A DNA stretch of 64,000 nucleotides from assembly GCF_963921235.1 (NCBI RefSeq), contig NC_086108.1, forward strand, positions 46,192,001 through 46,256,000, written 5' to 3'. The DNA comes from Mobula hypostoma. Taxonomy: Eukaryota. The notes under the pieces are model-generated. The model ran no database searches. It saw only the letters and a list, made by a program, of their open reading frames with translations, and had not been told where the DNA came from. Below are positions 62,590-64,000 of the stretch, piece after piece (position 1 is the first letter of the stretch; each line of letters opens with the position of its first letter). A program made the translations under genes and the position numbers.

Positions 62590-63775
62590 AAAAAGGGCAG
62601 AGGTGCTATTGAGAGGGAGAGGGATTACAGTGGAATTATAGAGGCATGAGAGGAGCTGGCCAAAGCTGACTGAAAGGAGGCACTAGCAGAGTTATCAGCA
62701 AAACAGCAGTGGCTGTAGGTTCTGGGAGATATTTCGGAAGGCACAGGATGGATACATCCCAAAGAAAGAGTACTCTAAAGGAAGGATGATGCAACTGTAG
62801 CTGACAAAAGAAGTCAAAAAATAACATAAAAGCAAAAGAAAGGGAATATAATAGAGCAAAAATTAGTGGTAAATTAGAAGATTAGGAAGGTTTTAAAAAA
62901 ATCAACATAAGGCAACTAAAAATGCCATGGGGGGAAAAGACGAAGTATGAAGGTAAGCTGGCCTATAGTAAAGAGAATACCAAAGGATTTTTCAGATATA
63001 TAATGTGCAAAGGGAGGTAAGAATAGGTATCTGACCACTAGAAAATGATGCTGGGGTGGTAATAATAGGGCACAACGAAATGGCAGATGAACTAAGTAAG
63101 TATTTTGCATTCATCTTCTCAGTGGAAGACACTAGTAGTATGCCAGAAGTTTGAGAGTGTCAGGGGGCAGAAGTGAATGCAATTGCTTAGGAAGCTGAAA
63201 AGTCTGAAAGCAGATAAGTCACCTGGACTAGATGGACTATACCCCAGGGTTCTGAAAAGGTAGCTGACGATATTGTGGACGGTTTAAGGCAATGATCTTT
63301 TAAGAATCACTAGATTCTGACTGGTTCCAGAGGACTGGAAAATTACAAAGATCACTCCACTCTTCAAGAAGGGAGGGAGGCAGCAGAAAGGAAATTATAG
63401 ACCAGTTAGCCTGACCTCAGTGGTTGGGAAGATGTTGGAGTCCACTAAGCACGAGATTTTGGGATACTTAGAAGCACATGACAAAATAGGCAAAAGTCAG
63501 CATGTTTCCTTAAGGGAAAATCTTGTCTAACAAATCCATTGGAATTATTTGAGGAAATAACAAGCAGGATAGACAAAGGAGAATTTGAGGATGTTGCATA
63601 TTTGGATTTTCAGAAGACCTTTAATAAGGTACCGCACATGAGGCTGCTTAATAAGAGCCCATGGTATTACAGGAAAGATACTAGCATGGATAGAACATTG
63701 GCTGACTGGCAGGAGGCAAAGAGTGGAAATAAAGGGAGCCTTTTCTCATTGGCTGCCGGTGACTAGTGGTGTTCC
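62590..63775 (+). mobile_element. CR1 LINE ORF2 remnant
   Basis: KSPG..YPRVLK, GNYRPVSLTSVVGK and YLDFQKTFNKVPH; same family as 5680-7000. Confidence 0.9.
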
Positions 63776-64000
63776 TTAAACACTGCACTAATAGCTGTCT
63801 AAAATTTTCACATACGTGTTCAATCAGTTTCTTAGACTATGCACAGTTCCAGAATATTTCAAGAAATCTGTTATTATTCTAGTCTCCAAAACAAAAATCA
63901 AAGATCACTGGACCTAATGACCATGGGCCAGTTGCAGTCACTTATTTCTAAATAAAATAAATTTTAAAAAACATCAGTCGTAATGAAGACTTTTGAAAGG

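Noticed and set aside
52868..64000. Search for PHPT1-like exon 1 (FKY / IVRG / YH motifs)
   Set aside because: Not found by eye; the region is almost entirely TE-derived, so exon 1 is presumed to be outside the window.
1..64000. tRNA, rRNA or prokaryotic systems
   Set aside because: None recognised; tRNA-like traces occur only as decayed SINE heads.

Overview
Repeat-dense, AT-rich vertebrate genomic DNA. The repeat families (CR1, Rex1/Babar, Penelope-like, V-SINE, Tc1) suggest a cartilaginous fish, probably a ray (inference). The only host gene I can identify is a 14 kDa phosphohistidine phosphatase (PHPT1-like, Janus/Ocnus family) on the minus strand. Its coding exons 2 (52743-52867) and 3 (50642-50734) have canonical splice sites; exon 1, which should carry the catalytic His, was not found and probably lies beyond 64000. 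Most other sequence is decayed, often nested transposable elements: CR1 and Rex1 LINEs, an RTE LINE, an RNase H-containing I/Nimb-type LINE inside a Gypsy chromovirus LTR, a Tc1 transposon interrupted by CR1, BEL/Pao fragments, two solo LTRs with target-site duplications, and Penelope-like elements with hammerhead-ribozyme relics. Unexplained signals are several orphan minus-strand exon candidates, a perfect 58-bp inverted copy at a TE junction, and a compositionally foreign ~480-bp segment with a weak, speculative resemblance to a paramyxovirus gene junction. No clearly new biological system is demonstrated. TE boundaries without a stated TSD are approximate.
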